A stretch of 28,371 nucleotides of DNA from a virus. Lineage: Duplodnaviria; Caudoviricetes. The stretch is from IMG/VR virus record IMGVR_UViG_3300030372_001252, positions 1 through 28,371 of that record. The stretch is one strand, 5' to 3'. The translations under genes and the position numbers were made by a program. Shown here piece by piece: positions 1 through 8,259 of the stretch (the stretch's first letter is position 1; the number at the start of each line of letters is the position of its first letter). Under the pieces are notes generated by a model, which was not told where the DNA came from, ran no database searches, and was given only the letters and a program-made list of their open reading frames with translations.

Positions 1-32
1 TCGTCTTTTAAAGCTAGTAATACGTTATTCAT
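1..32 (-). CDS. terL: Terminase large subunit, 5' end only (runs off the window)
   Basis: ATG at 32 overlaps the TGA of the 624-aa ORF (ATGA) and reads MNNVLLALKD, resembling cyanopodovirus terminase N-termini as I recall them (..L.AL.DDFKLFL). It sits in the expected position downstream of terS. Only 10 codons are visible. Confidence 0.55.
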   Translation of the reverse strand, partial: MNNVLLALKD

Positions 33-1903
33 TCTTTATGATCTATTATATCACTTATTTGGTCAAATAAAGATTTTTGAGTTGAATTATCTTTTAACCG
101 CCTAGTTCCTTTAATTTTTGTAGTTTGTCCTTCTAAAGTTTTTGTAACCTCTTTAAAGGGACCACCACCATACCTTATACCTCTTAATAAAGGTAAACCT
201 TCTCCGTAGAACATTAGCTTTCTTAATTCTTCTAATCTTTTCTTTTCATTCTTTGATAATTTACCAACCTTTTTTTCATATTCTAAATCTTCTATTTCTT
301 TTGCCCACCCTTGTCTTCTTATTTGAGCTGGAGTAGGAGAAGTAGGTTCATTAGAAAAATCACCAACTTTTACTTGTTTTGCATTAAGTTCATCTAACTG
401 AGCAGCAAATAATGGATCATCGTTTATTTCTCTAGATAATCTTTCGTACATAGTTTCTGTAACACCATCTGCCCATGTAACTTCGATTTTTTTAGGTCCA
501 TATCCTTGAGCAAATGCTCTAGCATCTTTACCTGATAAACCTGGCTTAACTAACTGACTATATTCTAATTCAGTGATATTTAATTTCTTTAGTATAACAT
601 CTAGTGCTTCTTCAGTTATTTGAGATTCTGGACCCCATATTTTATAATATGCTTGCATTAATTCAGCAGTTCTTTCAGTAGCTCCGTTGACATAATCAGC
701 ATACTGTTCTACTACTCGTCTGACATCTGGATGATCAATTGGAAGACTTTCCCAGCGTTTTCTTAATGGTGAGTTTAGTTCTCCTATAAGACCAGTTAAG
801 TATTTATTACCTATTCTTTCATTCATCCACTTATGGACGAGACTATGCACTTGTGTAGGGATTAAATTATTATTTAAAGGACTGTTTCCAGAATGCACAC
901 CCTTATTAATTAACCAAGATTCAATAATCATACTTTCAGCTCCAGACCTACCTTCATGTAAGGATACCCCAGATTTAACTATATTATTATGATGAGCATT
1001 CAATTCACCAGTTGTTATATGTCTGTAAGCTTTCTTTAAATCTGCAGTAGCTTCTTCAGTCCATTTATTAAATTCGATCCCAGACATAGTGCCAGTACGT
1101 CTTTGCACTAACGCAGCTGCAACTCTATCTAGTTCTTCAACATTAGTTATAGGAGCACCTTCATATATAGCTTGTTTTTCAGTTAAAGTAGATTTCTTTA
1201 CCTTACCTTGACGAAGTTCATTACCTTGAAAATCATACTTTTTAGCAATATCATAAGTTTCTTCAGTTATAGAGCTACCCTTAACTTCACCGAATGGTAC
1301 ATCTTGACCTTCCCAACTTTTATACGGTCCATCTTGAGCTTTATTAAAAATATACTGATCAAGAATATTCTTATTATTAGTTTGTTTATCAAGCGTAGAA
1401 AACCTAGTAATAGTTTTGTGTCTATTATGAGTTTCTAACATATTTTTACTGTAGACATCCTCAATAATACTTTTATATCGTTTAGCAGTAAAACTCTTAC
1501 TTATCTTTTTACCTTTCGATACCCCTGTTAACGGTATAGCTGGAAGTAGAAAGTCTGCTGCTACTTCACCTGCTTCTATTACACTAGGAGCTAATCCAGT
1601 CTGAATACTTAGTTCTTTTTTAATAGGTTCAGCTACAAAATTATAAGCTTTACCAGCTGCTATAAAAGGATCTAATGGACCAATTCCACCATGATAGTTT
1701 TCTTCTCTTAACTGTTTATTCCACTCTTGTATACCAGTAGCAGCTTCAGATACACCTTGTTCAAATCCTTGTCTTTTATCTTCAGGTATTCGTTCATATT
1801 GGTCCTGTATAAATTCACCAATATTAGACATAGTTTCCTTGCCTATAGTGCCTTCTTTCCTATCTTCAGGTTTAATCTTTAAGAATCTATGTGGAGGTAT
1901 CAT
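29..1903 (-). CDS. Large hypothetical protein with a central HNH/AHH-like nuclease motif
   Basis: 624-aa ORF, tightly packed with its neighbours. Motif NAHH(302-305)...GNSPLNNNLIPTQVHSLVH(357). An alternative start at MSNIGEF follows an AAGGAAA element. Confidence 0.75.
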   Translation of the reverse strand: MIPPHRFLKIKPEDRKEGTIGKETMSNIGEFIQDQYERIPEDKRQGFEQGVSEAATGIQEWNKQLREENYHGGIGPLDPFIAAGKAYNFVAEPIKKELSIQTGLAPSVIEAGEVAADFLLPAIPLTGVSKGKKISKSFTAKRYKSIIEDVYSKNMLETHNRHKTITRFSTLDKQTNNKNILDQYIFNKAQDGPYKSWEGQDVPFGEVKGSSITEETYDIAKKYDFQGNELRQGKVKKSTLTEKQAIYEGAPITNVEELDRVAAALVQRRTGTMSGIEFNKWTEEATADLKKAYRHITTGELNAHHNNIVKSGVSLHEGRSGAESMIIESWLINKGVHSGNSPLNNNLIPTQVHSLVHKWMNERIGNKYLTGLIGELNSPLRKRWESLPIDHPDVRRVVEQYADYVNGATERTAELMQAYYKIWGPESQITEEALDVILKKLNITELEYSQLVKPGLSGKDARAFAQGYGPKKIEVTWADGVTETMYERLSREINDDPLFAAQLDELNAKQVKVGDFSNEPTSPTPAQIRRQGWAKEIEDLEYEKKVGKLSKNEKKRLEELRKLMFYGEGLPLLRGIRYGGGPFKEVTKTLEGQTTKIKGTRRLKDNSTQKSLFDQISDIIDHKE

Positions 1904-1905
1904 TG

Positions 1906-2154
1906 TTACTTCCTCTTAGCTCCACCTCTAGCTCTGTTAGCCTTACGGCTCTCTGCTTTGTACGAACCGTCTGGTTGTTTAGAAGCGTCTACACTAGAGG
2001 ATCTAATCTTTAAACTTGCTCTTGCTTTAGAGTGTTCTCTTTTGTATGCATTAGTATGAGCATACTTACCGCCAGGACTGTTATCTTTAACGTGTTTAGC
2101 CCTTGATCTAGGGTTCTTCTTGTAGTGCCTAGCTGTTTTTCCTAGTTCTGCCAT
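1906..2154 (-). CDS. Small basic hypothetical protein, possibly a degenerate HNH-like protein next to terminase
   Basis: 82 aa, K/R-rich, C-terminal DASKQPDGSYKAESRKANRARGG. Overlaps the end of terS. Confidence 0.7.
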   Translation of the reverse strand: MAELGKTARHYKKNPRSRAKHVKDNSPGGKYAHTNAYKREHSKARASLKIRSSSVDASKQPDGSYKAESRKANRARGGAKRK

Positions 2155-2380
2155 AGAGTCTATGTTGTACGAGTTCTGGGTCTACTTTAGGTATAATTGA
2201 AGCTAACTTATCTAAAGGCGTACCATCATAGGCAATACCAGTAATATCGTTAGTTTTTAGCCAATCACACGCTGCTTTTAAGTCTTGGGTAGTAGCCTCG
2301 CCACTACGAACCCTCTTAAGGAATTCTTCAGTGACGAGGTTATGAAGTTCATCAAACTTCTCTTCTTTGGCTTTAGCCAT
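2129..2380 (-). CDS. terS: Terminase small subunit (T7 gp18-like)
   Basis: 83 aa with FDELHNLVTEEFLKRVRSGEATTQDLKAACDWLKTNDITG, the helical pattern of Autographiviridae small terminases. Synteny fits. Confidence 0.75.
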   Translation of the reverse strand: MAKAKEEKFDELHNLVTEEFLKRVRSGEATTQDLKAACDWLKTNDITGIAYDGTPLDKLASIIPKVDPELVQHRLYGRTRKNS

Positions 2381-2465
2381 TCTTCTTCTCTGCTTTCTTC
2401 TTAGCTTCTTGTCTTTCTCTTATTGAATTGGTTTTTGAACCGTCTTCGTTGTAAGTTGTAGCCAT
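2373..2465 (-). CDS. 30-aa basic micro-ORF (MATTYNEDGSKTNSIRERQEAKKKAEKKNG)
   Basis: Hand-translated. The ATG overlaps the upstream TGA (TGATG) and the ORF fills the gap before terS. Confidence 0.6.
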   Translation of the reverse strand: MATTYNEDGSKTNSIRERQEAKKKAEKKNG

Positions 2466-2620
2466 CAGCTTAATAGTTTAGATTTTACAATTTCTAATGC
2501 TTGGTCATCTAATTTATTGTCAGTTCTAGCAACATATGCTTCTAGTAGATCTACTACAAGCTTCTTTACTGAGTCTGACTTCAAGAAGGCGAAAAGGATG
2601 GGCTTGATAATTAGGATCAT
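2465..2620 (-). CDS. 51-aa hypothetical protein (MILIIKPILFAFLKSDSVKKLVVDLLEAYVARTDNKLDDQALEIVKSKLLS)
   Basis: Hand-translated. TAATG coupling to the upstream gene, hydrophobic N-terminus, TDNKLDD motif seen in cyanophage small proteins. Confidence 0.75.
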   Translation of the reverse strand: MILIIKPILFAFLKSDSVKKLVVDLLEAYVARTDNKLDDQALEIVKSKLLS

Positions 2621-3678
2621 TATTCTTCAGTAGTGGTTTTCTTGGATGTTTTCTTAGCGGGTTTTACTCCGTCTTTTTCAATGATGCGTGAAGTTTTCAC
2701 TTCAGGTAGAAGATCGTTTTGACCATCTAGGTTAGGAGTTGTATCTCCTCTTTGTAGAGTTAATGAACTCATGTTACATGTTTCTTTAGGTTTACTCCAT
2801 GGCTTATACCATGGTGGCGGTGGGGTTTTACATTTAACTACTTTATTAACAGCTTTCTCCCACGTCTTTATAGGTATAACATCACTACACATTTGAGATA
2901 CACGAGTATTAGGCATTAGCATAAATCCTTTCTGTTGCAATTCTGCACACTTTAAAACCCTAACTAATTCATAATCTAATCTCATCTTCTCTTCTTGTCG
3001 AGATGCAATACTACGGCACCGTTTTAAACCTTCACGGTCTAAAGGTACCATAAAGTTGAGTTGACCTCCCCAGTTTTCAGCCATTGTGTAGCTGGAGGGT
3101 CTCATTCCATCTTCATCTATATCCCATGGTTTAGTATGATTTCCCATATAGAATGGAGAGAATGTCATTGTAGCTCCATTGCAGCTTATATGTGGACCGT
3201 AATGCTGTCTAGACGGTGCTCCATTATTCTGGAATTGCACCGCCTGATTAGTTACATTACCTGTCGCAGCTGCAACTGGATTAGACACATTGTTCTCTTC
3301 AGCTCTTACTGGAGCTATTGAGAGAAGACTGATAAGGATACCGTAGTAGCAGTAGTGTCGATTTCTCTTTCTATTTCTGTTACTGATAGTACTTGACTGG
3401 CTGCTCTTGTCACTATTTCTAGCTCGAAGGGATCTCCAGCTGTGTGTAAAGTAAATACCGAATCTGAATCGGCTACACCTCCTGATGAGGCTGATGTATG
3501 GGTTATGTTTTCCCCAGTCCATTTGCTTAATGCAGACCCATAGGTTGTCGTAGTTATTTCTTCTACGATCTCTTGAGTCGTTGTCGTTGTTGAATTCATT
3601 GACCCCTGTGTAAAATTGGGAGTCACTAATTCTGCTCTCACTGCCGTGGGTGATGCCAGTAATAAGAGTACTAGCCAT
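2620..3678 (-). CDS. Putative secreted/periplasmic protein; start uncertain (signal-peptide-like segment begins near 3345)
   Basis: Protein-like region GILISLLSIAPVRA-EENNVSNPVAAATGNVTNQAVQ... with several Cys. The N-terminal part of the frame overlaps the 3315..3686 gene, and there is no ATG near the signal-like segment. Confidence 0.65.
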   Translation of the reverse strand: MASTLITGITHGSESRISDSQFYTGVNEFNNDNDSRDRRRNNYDNLWVCIKQMDWGKHNPYISLIRRCSRFRFGIYFTHSWRSLRARNSDKSSQSSTISNRNRKRNRHYCYYGILISLLSIAPVRAEENNVSNPVAAATGNVTNQAVQFQNNGAPSRQHYGPHISCNGATMTFSPFYMGNHTKPWDIDEDGMRPSSYTMAENWGGQLNFMVPLDREGLKRCRSIASRQEEKMRLDYELVRVLKCAELQQKGFMLMPNTRVSQMCSDVIPIKTWEKAVNKVVKCKTPPPPWYKPWSKPKETCNMSSLTLQRGDTTPNLDGQNDLLPEVKTSRIIEKDGVKPAKKTSKKTTTEE

Positions 3679-3686
3679 TTTTTCAT
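3315..3686 (-). CDS. Secreted Thr/Ser-rich hypothetical protein with a Sec signal peptide
   Basis: MKKWLVLLLLASPTAVRA is a classic SPase I signal. 123 aa, ATGA overlap with the upstream gene. Confidence 0.8.
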   Translation of the reverse strand: MKKWLVLLLLASPTAVRAELVTPNFTQGSMNSTTTTTQEIVEEITTTTYGSALSKWTGENITHTSASSGGVADSDSVFTLHTAGDPFELEIVTRAASQVLSVTEIEREIDTTATTVSLSVFSQ

Positions 3687-3988
3687 TCTTCCTTTTTCTT
3701 AGCCATAGGACAATCGACGGATTTACCACCGCCATTTTTATTACCAGTAGTCAAGCCAAAAGTCGCAAGTGCTCCAGTAAAGACACTGGCAACAAAAGTT
3801 ATATCTGAGTTACCAGCTTTCTTAATCATTGGTATTTCTACATAGTTCATGGTAATTATAAAACCAGACCAAACTACTACGCCAAGCCTGACAAATGTAC
3901 CGAGAACTTCTATTTGGTGTTCTTTATCCTCTGCTACTTCTTTAAGTTTTCCGAGGATTCCTTTTTCTTTTTTCTTTTCTCCTTCCAT
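3683..3988 (-). CDS. Two-TM membrane protein, holin candidate
   Basis: Hydrophobic segments VLGTFVRLGVVVWSGFIITM and ITFVASVFTGALATFGL with charged termini. Located between tail fibre and terminase, like T7 gp17.5. Confidence 0.65.
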   Translation of the reverse strand: MEGEKKKEKGILGKLKEVAEDKEHQIEVLGTFVRLGVVVWSGFIITMNYVEIPMIKKAGNSDITFVASVFTGALATFGLTTGNKNGGGKSVDCPMAKKKEE

Positions 3989-4332
3989 TTATCAATTTTA
4001 CCTTGGATAAATTTCTGTAATTTCTTTTTAATCTGATCAAAGAATGGTGTAGCTAAGGTGGTAGTTGCTACAGCTGCTACAGCTGCATAGGTAGCAGTTG
4101 CTACTACTTCAGCAGTTGGTAACGGCATCTGTATATCTAATACAGGGATTTGTACTTGAGGAGGTGGTGGGGTTTCCTCTTGCGTTTCTTCTTTCTCTAC
4201 CCCTTCAGGAGCCTCCAGATCACTCGGAGGGATTACCATAGGCTTATACCCTGGAATACGAGCTTCAGGCGGCTTAAACTCGATTTGCATCGTAGGTAGA
4301 GGTTTAGGAGTTTTAGGTAGGTTTATTTGCAA
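3934..4332 (-). CDS. Pro-rich protein with a single hydrophobic Ala/Thr segment and a basic C-terminus
   Basis: 132 aa with VVATATYAAVAAVATTTLA followed by a K-rich tail. Confidence 0.75.
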   Translation of the reverse strand: MQINLPKTPKPLPTMQIEFKPPEARIPGYKPMVIPPSDLEAPEGVEKEETQEETPPPPQVQIPVLDIQMPLPTAEVVATATYAAVAAVATTTLATPFFDQIKKKLQKFIQGKIDKWKEKRKKKKESSENLKK

Positions 4333-4594
4333 TTAAATGTGCTTTAAAGTCTGCTTTGACTTGATTTGTCCACGCAGCGTTGCAGATTGCCTGAACATCT
4401 GCATCCTCGCCCGATATGTTTGTATCAACTAGGTTATCACTTGCATCAAGTGTTCCAGGGTTTAATACTTTTCTATGAAAGGAACGGGTAAGTTCTGTAC
4501 CATCTTCTTTGATGACGGTTGCAGTTCTTACCTGTATGTTCCATTTGTTAACGACTTCAATCTTATCGTTGACTAGTTCTTTTGTGATTGCCAT
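4313..4594 (-). CDS. Small tail-fibre-associated protein (possible chaperone/partner)
   Basis: 93 aa with DKIEV...IQVRTATVIKEDG.EL.RSFHR and VQAICNAAWT. Follows a YEEG-type fibre gene. Confidence 0.75.
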   Translation of the reverse strand: MAITKELVNDKIEVVNKWNIQVRTATVIKEDGTELTRSFHRKVLNPGTLDASDNLVDTNISGEDADVQAICNAAWTNQVKADFKAHLIANKPT

Positions 4595-4596
4595 TT

Positions 4597-4656
4597 AAGG
4601 AAGCTCTCCGAGCTAAATAGGTTTATGGCGTAGTTTTGAGACGTGCTAACGGTCTA
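4597..4656 (-). promoter_or_regulatory. Structured intergenic element with a hairpin over the likely RBS
   Basis: Minus strand AGAC-CGTTAGCAC-GTCT stem-loop, then AGCTC-GGA-GAGCT enclosing GGAG just upstream of the ATG at 4594. Confidence 0.4.
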
Positions 4657-4659
4657 TAC

Positions 4660-5724
4660 TTATGAAACGTAGAAAGAAAAAGCACCTGTAATATTCACTG
4701 TTCCACTAGAACATAATTGCGCTCCCGTTAAATAACTTGTACTTGTTGTTCCTTTAACACCTTGCCATATTGAACCTGCACTTCTAAAACGTGCCGTTGT
4801 CTCAGTTATCCCTGCATTATGACCACCATTTACTACAACCCAAGTTGATCTTTGACCATTATCATTTGAATCAGCAGAAGAAAATGGTAATCCATTGAGG
4901 TCTATTGTATTTGATTCGTCTATCCCAGTAGCATCAATGACAACAGTACAAAAAACTTGTCTACCAATTTTTGTATATCTACCAAATTGAGTTTGGTAAG
5001 TCACGCTATCTAATCCACCAAAAGAAGGAGTCCAATCGCCTTCTTCATAATCTGAAAGAGCATTCGCCGCTGCAGAATCGCCGTTAAAAGTAATACCTCC
5101 AGTACTGGGTATTCGGATTTTTTCTGCAACTGTACCTGCATTATTTGTATAAAATGCTAAAAAACTTGCAGCTCCACTGGCACTTGCTGTCCAGTTAGTA
5201 TTGTTTTCTCTTCCAGAGATAATTCTTGTTGATAATCTATAATCTTGCCAAGCGTTTACATCACATGTAGAACTTGCGTTAGAAGTTGCAGCGTTGACTA
5301 TATTCATACTGGTATTACTACCAGTGTTAGTTCCTTGAATTTGAAAAGCTGCTGCTGTTCCTATTGATCCGTAGTTAGCAGAAGAACCGACACCTAGTTG
5401 ACTTCCATCAAAAGTAAGATTTGCCTCACCGTTTAGACCAGATCCTGTACCTGTAACGACTCTATTGTTAGCGTCATTAGCAAATGCAAGTTGAGTGTTT
5501 GTATCTGTTGGAGTAACCCATGAGTTATCTCCTCTTAAGAAGGTGGAACTAGATGCTGTACCAGTGGCTGAGAGTTCAGCAACACCTACAGCATCATCAG
5601 CTAGGTGGGCATTATCTATAGACCCATCATTATAATGTTCTGAGTCTATAGAGTTATCGGCTAGTTTTGTTTCATCTATTAGATCAGCTGTTAAACCATC
5701 AGCTTTTATTTTTGTTAATGCCAT
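4660..5724 (-). CDS. Accessory tail fibre / receptor-binding protein (YEEG-type C-terminal domain)
   Basis: 354 aa. N-terminal LADNSIDSEHY..GSID.AHLADDAV repeats are shared with the main fibre. C-terminal ALSDYEEGDWTP...GRYTKIGRQV...GLPF domain. Confidence 0.75.
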   Translation of the reverse strand: MALTKIKADGLTADLIDETKLADNSIDSEHYNDGSIDNAHLADDAVGVAELSATGTASSSTFLRGDNSWVTPTDTNTQLAFANDANNRVVTGTGSGLNGEANLTFDGSQLGVGSSANYGSIGTAAAFQIQGTNTGSNTSMNIVNAATSNASSTCDVNAWQDYRLSTRIISGRENNTNWTASASGAASFLAFYTNNAGTVAEKIRIPSTGGITFNGDSAAANALSDYEEGDWTPSFGGLDSVTYQTQFGRYTKIGRQVFCTVVIDATGIDESNTIDLNGLPFSSADSNDNGQRSTWVVVNGGHNAGITETTARFRSAGSIWQGVKGTTSTSYLTGAQLCSSGTVNITGAFSFYVS

Positions 5725-5906
5725 TAGTCTGCTGCCTCTGCTGTGTTACCTGCTGCTACCCATTCTAGATACTCTTGGTAGTCTCTGTTTGCTGGATCAA
5801 ATGGAATAGAAAGACACATAGAATTTTTATATGTCATTACTATTCTTGCTTCTGACTTTGTAGGATCTTTTAGTAATTTATATATTGGGTTTGTTGGAAA
5901 TGCCAT
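5724..5906 (-). CDS. Small fibre-partner protein
   Basis: 60 aa with SIPFDPANRDYQEYLEWVAAGNTAEAAD, a motif typical of genes that follow marine phage fibre genes. TAATG coupling. Confidence 0.75.
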   Translation of the reverse strand: MAFPTNPIYKLLKDPTKSEARIVMTYKNSMCLSIPFDPANRDYQEYLEWVAAGNTAEAAD

Positions 5907-5908
5907 AA

Positions 5909-7084
5909 TTAAAGTTCCGCATTAAATCTAAGTTTACAATTAGTTGTTGAAAAAGTACGAAGGATGCCGCAATCTCCAACAGTAACGCTAATTGTACCTA
6001 CCCAGGGATAAATAAAAGCACTTGATGTACCTGCGGAAGAAAGGACGTTTTTGCTAGACGGATGTGAAGTAGCACCTATTAATACATTATGAGAACTTGC
6101 ATTATCATTACTTTCTAATGTTGGTTTCGCTCTCATTTGCACTCTGAAAGGTATATAACTAAATACATAGCCAGAGTTGTAGACACTTCCAACACCATAA
6201 GCAGTGTCATTCTCAGGGAAACCACCTAAATGATCGTAATAATACCTCTGACACCTAGCTAATTCATCACCATACGATCGATGTTCAAAGTCAGTGGCAA
6301 CGTCTCCTACTTCTAACTGAGCACCTGTTAATTCAAATGTTGCGTCATTTGTTGTGTACCATGTTGAAGTGTTATCTGGAGTTCTTACACTGGTATTATA
6401 AGCAGCCCATGTATTCAAAGCTATAGAGGTACCAGTGGTATTTGTTCCTCTAAACAAAAGGACTCTTATCTGCAACCCTGCGTCATTATTATTATCAAAT
6501 TGCAAGTTGGAATTACCTGGAATTTTTTTAGTTATCTTTGTCCAAGTATTAGCAGATAATGAACCAGTTTCCATTGGATAGTTTTGTGTTGTTCCATCTT
6601 TTGTTGTTAGATGAAAATAAAAATTCTGAGCTACACTTGATTTTACCCAAAAGGATAAGGTCACATAACTACTTGTAGAAGTATAGTTCCAACCGCTATT
6701 TGCAATATCTTGGGATTCCCACTTGTAATCATAAGATATATAATCACTAGCACCTGCACCACCTGTTTGATTACCATTAACAGTTTTTAAACTTTTTCTA
6801 AAACCTAATTCATAAGGTGTAGTTCCTGATGCAATGTCAGCTTGTGAAAAAGTTGGTGCTTCATTCACACCAGATCTAAAATGTGACCACCTATCTATAG
6901 TGTGCATACCATGATCCGTTGAAGAAGTTCCTCTTTGAGCAACTTGCATTGCACCATTAATGGTTAAATTTCTGTTACTTAGATTATTAGTAGCCTTAAC
7001 AGTACAAGTTCCATCAGTTGCTAAGGTAACAGCATCGCTTGATGCTCCTGTGTGGCGTATTGTATTTACTTTTAATGTACTCAT
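5909..7084 (-). CDS. Accessory tail fibre protein with a putative carbohydrate-binding-like domain
   Basis: 391 aa with NRNLTINGAMQVAQRG...DRW...VTLSFWVKS...QLEVGDVATDFEHRSYGDELARCQRYY, a motif set common in marine phage fibre proteins. Confidence 0.75.
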   Translation of the reverse strand: MSTLKVNTIRHTGASSDAVTLATDGTCTVKATNNLSNRNLTINGAMQVAQRGTSSTDHGMHTIDRWSHFRSGVNEAPTFSQADIASGTTPYELGFRKSLKTVNGNQTGGAGASDYISYDYKWESQDIANSGWNYTSTSSYVTLSFWVKSSVAQNFYFHLTTKDGTTQNYPMETGSLSANTWTKITKKIPGNSNLQFDNNNDAGLQIRVLLFRGTNTTGTSIALNTWAAYNTSVRTPDNTSTWYTTNDATFELTGAQLEVGDVATDFEHRSYGDELARCQRYYYDHLGGFPENDTAYGVGSVYNSGYVFSYIPFRVQMRAKPTLESNDNASSHNVLIGATSHPSSKNVLSSAGTSSAFIYPWVGTISVTVGDCGILRTFSTTNCKLRFNAEL

Positions 7085-7123
7085 TTTATTGTTATTTGAA
7101 TAATTTTGAAATGTACTAAAGGT

Positions 7124-7972
7124 CTAGACATAATATGTAACATGGAAATAAATATATGATGTACTTCCACAATGATTCCCATTAACAGTATTCCAACCGC
7201 TATCTGTAATATGATATAAACGAAATTCCGCTACACCAGGCTTGACATAAACAACGGTTTCATTACCACCACTTAAATTTACATTTTCACTCATAAATCC
7301 TCCTGCACCACCCATGCCGTGAGCATTAGATGAAGAAGCAAAAGGTAAGCTAATCTCAACTGCACTACCTGACGATGTACTAGATGGGTCTTCTACTGCT
7401 CCCCAAGCATTAACTAATCTTCCTACTTTCACATAATAACCAAAGACAGAAGTTTCTCCACTCCACGCATCAACAGCTGGCGTGTATGAACCTTCTTCAT
7501 ACTCGTCAAGAGCATTCGCTTCTGCTGTATCAGTCCCAAACTTAATACCATGATTATCTAATCTAACTCTTTGTGTATTTGAACTATTTCTTACCTGTAT
7601 TAATCCGTTACTATCCCCATCCATTTCTAAACGAACTACATCTGTATCTGATCCGCCTCCAGTTCTTGATAAATTAAATCCTACTGTACTAGCAGCAGTA
7701 TGTACTTCAATAGCTCCTCGTATTCCACCTGCATTTTTAGCTCCTATTAAAATTCCATTTGATGTTGAACCATCGGCACCTTCTAAAGATAACTTAGTTG
7801 ATGGACTTGCTGTATTAAGACCAACATTTCCAGAACTATTAGCAGTTACAAACGATCCGTCACCTGCGTAGTTGTCGTTTAAATTAATTGTTCTATCAGC
7901 AGCAGGATTTGATTGCGGAGCTGCGATGCTCACGCTATTCCCACTTGCGTGGGGTAATTTTATTTTACTCAT
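7124..7972 (-). CDS. Accessory tail fibre / receptor-binding protein (YEEG-type), paralog of 4660..5724 at the C-terminus
   Basis: 282 aa with GNVGLNTASP fibre motif and GIKFGTDTAEANALDEYEEGSYTP...YVKVGRLV...SLPF. Confidence 0.75.
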   Translation of the reverse strand: MSKIKLPHASGNSVSIAAPQSNPAADRTINLNDNYAGDGSFVTANSSGNVGLNTASPSTKLSLEGADGSTSNGILIGAKNAGGIRGAIEVHTAASTVGFNLSRTGGGSDTDVVRLEMDGDSNGLIQVRNSSNTQRVRLDNHGIKFGTDTAEANALDEYEEGSYTPAVDAWSGETSVFGYYVKVGRLVNAWGAVEDPSSTSSGSAVEISLPFASSSNAHGMGGAGGFMSENVNLSGGNETVVYVKPGVAEFRLYHITDSGWNTVNGNHCGSTSYIYFHVTYYV

Positions 7973-8259
7973 TTAGGGTATTTATCCTTTGTTTCTTTGA
8001 TTTTTGCTTTCCAGGCATCAACACCTGAATGGTAAATTAAATCCAACTGGTCGACCACAGTAGGGTATTCGGCTGCTCTATCTCTTTGATATTTTTTATT
8101 ATCATAAGCTGTTTTTAGTTCTGCTAGTTTTGCATCTATTGCAGAATCAGAAGGCTTTGTATCTCCATTGTCTTTAATAAATTCTAATACATCCCCTTTA
8201 ATAACAAATTCAGCGTTAGGACATAATGCTTTTATAGCAAAAAATTTAGTAGGTTCCAT
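7969..8259 (-). CDS. Small fibre-partner / chaperone-like protein
   Basis: 96 aa with YQRDRAAEYPTVVDQLDLIYH...IKETKDKYPK. Overlaps both neighbours. Confidence 0.75.
   Translation of the reverse strand: MEPTKFFAIKALCPNAEFVIKGDVLEFIKDNGDTKPSDSAIDAKLAELKTAYDNKKYQRDRAAEYPTVVDQLDLIYHSGVDAWKAKIKETKDKYPK

Noticed and set aside
3679-3735. ORF-track start at 3735 for the 371-aa ORF
   Set aside because: It lies inside the two-TM gene and gives an unprotein-like N-terminus. The start was left uncertain and is treated as a finding.
4660-7972. Possible diversity-generating retroelement acting on the paralogous fibre tips
   Set aside because: There is no reverse transcriptase in the window and no near-identical TR/VR pair differing at adenines. 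The paralogs are diverged throughout.
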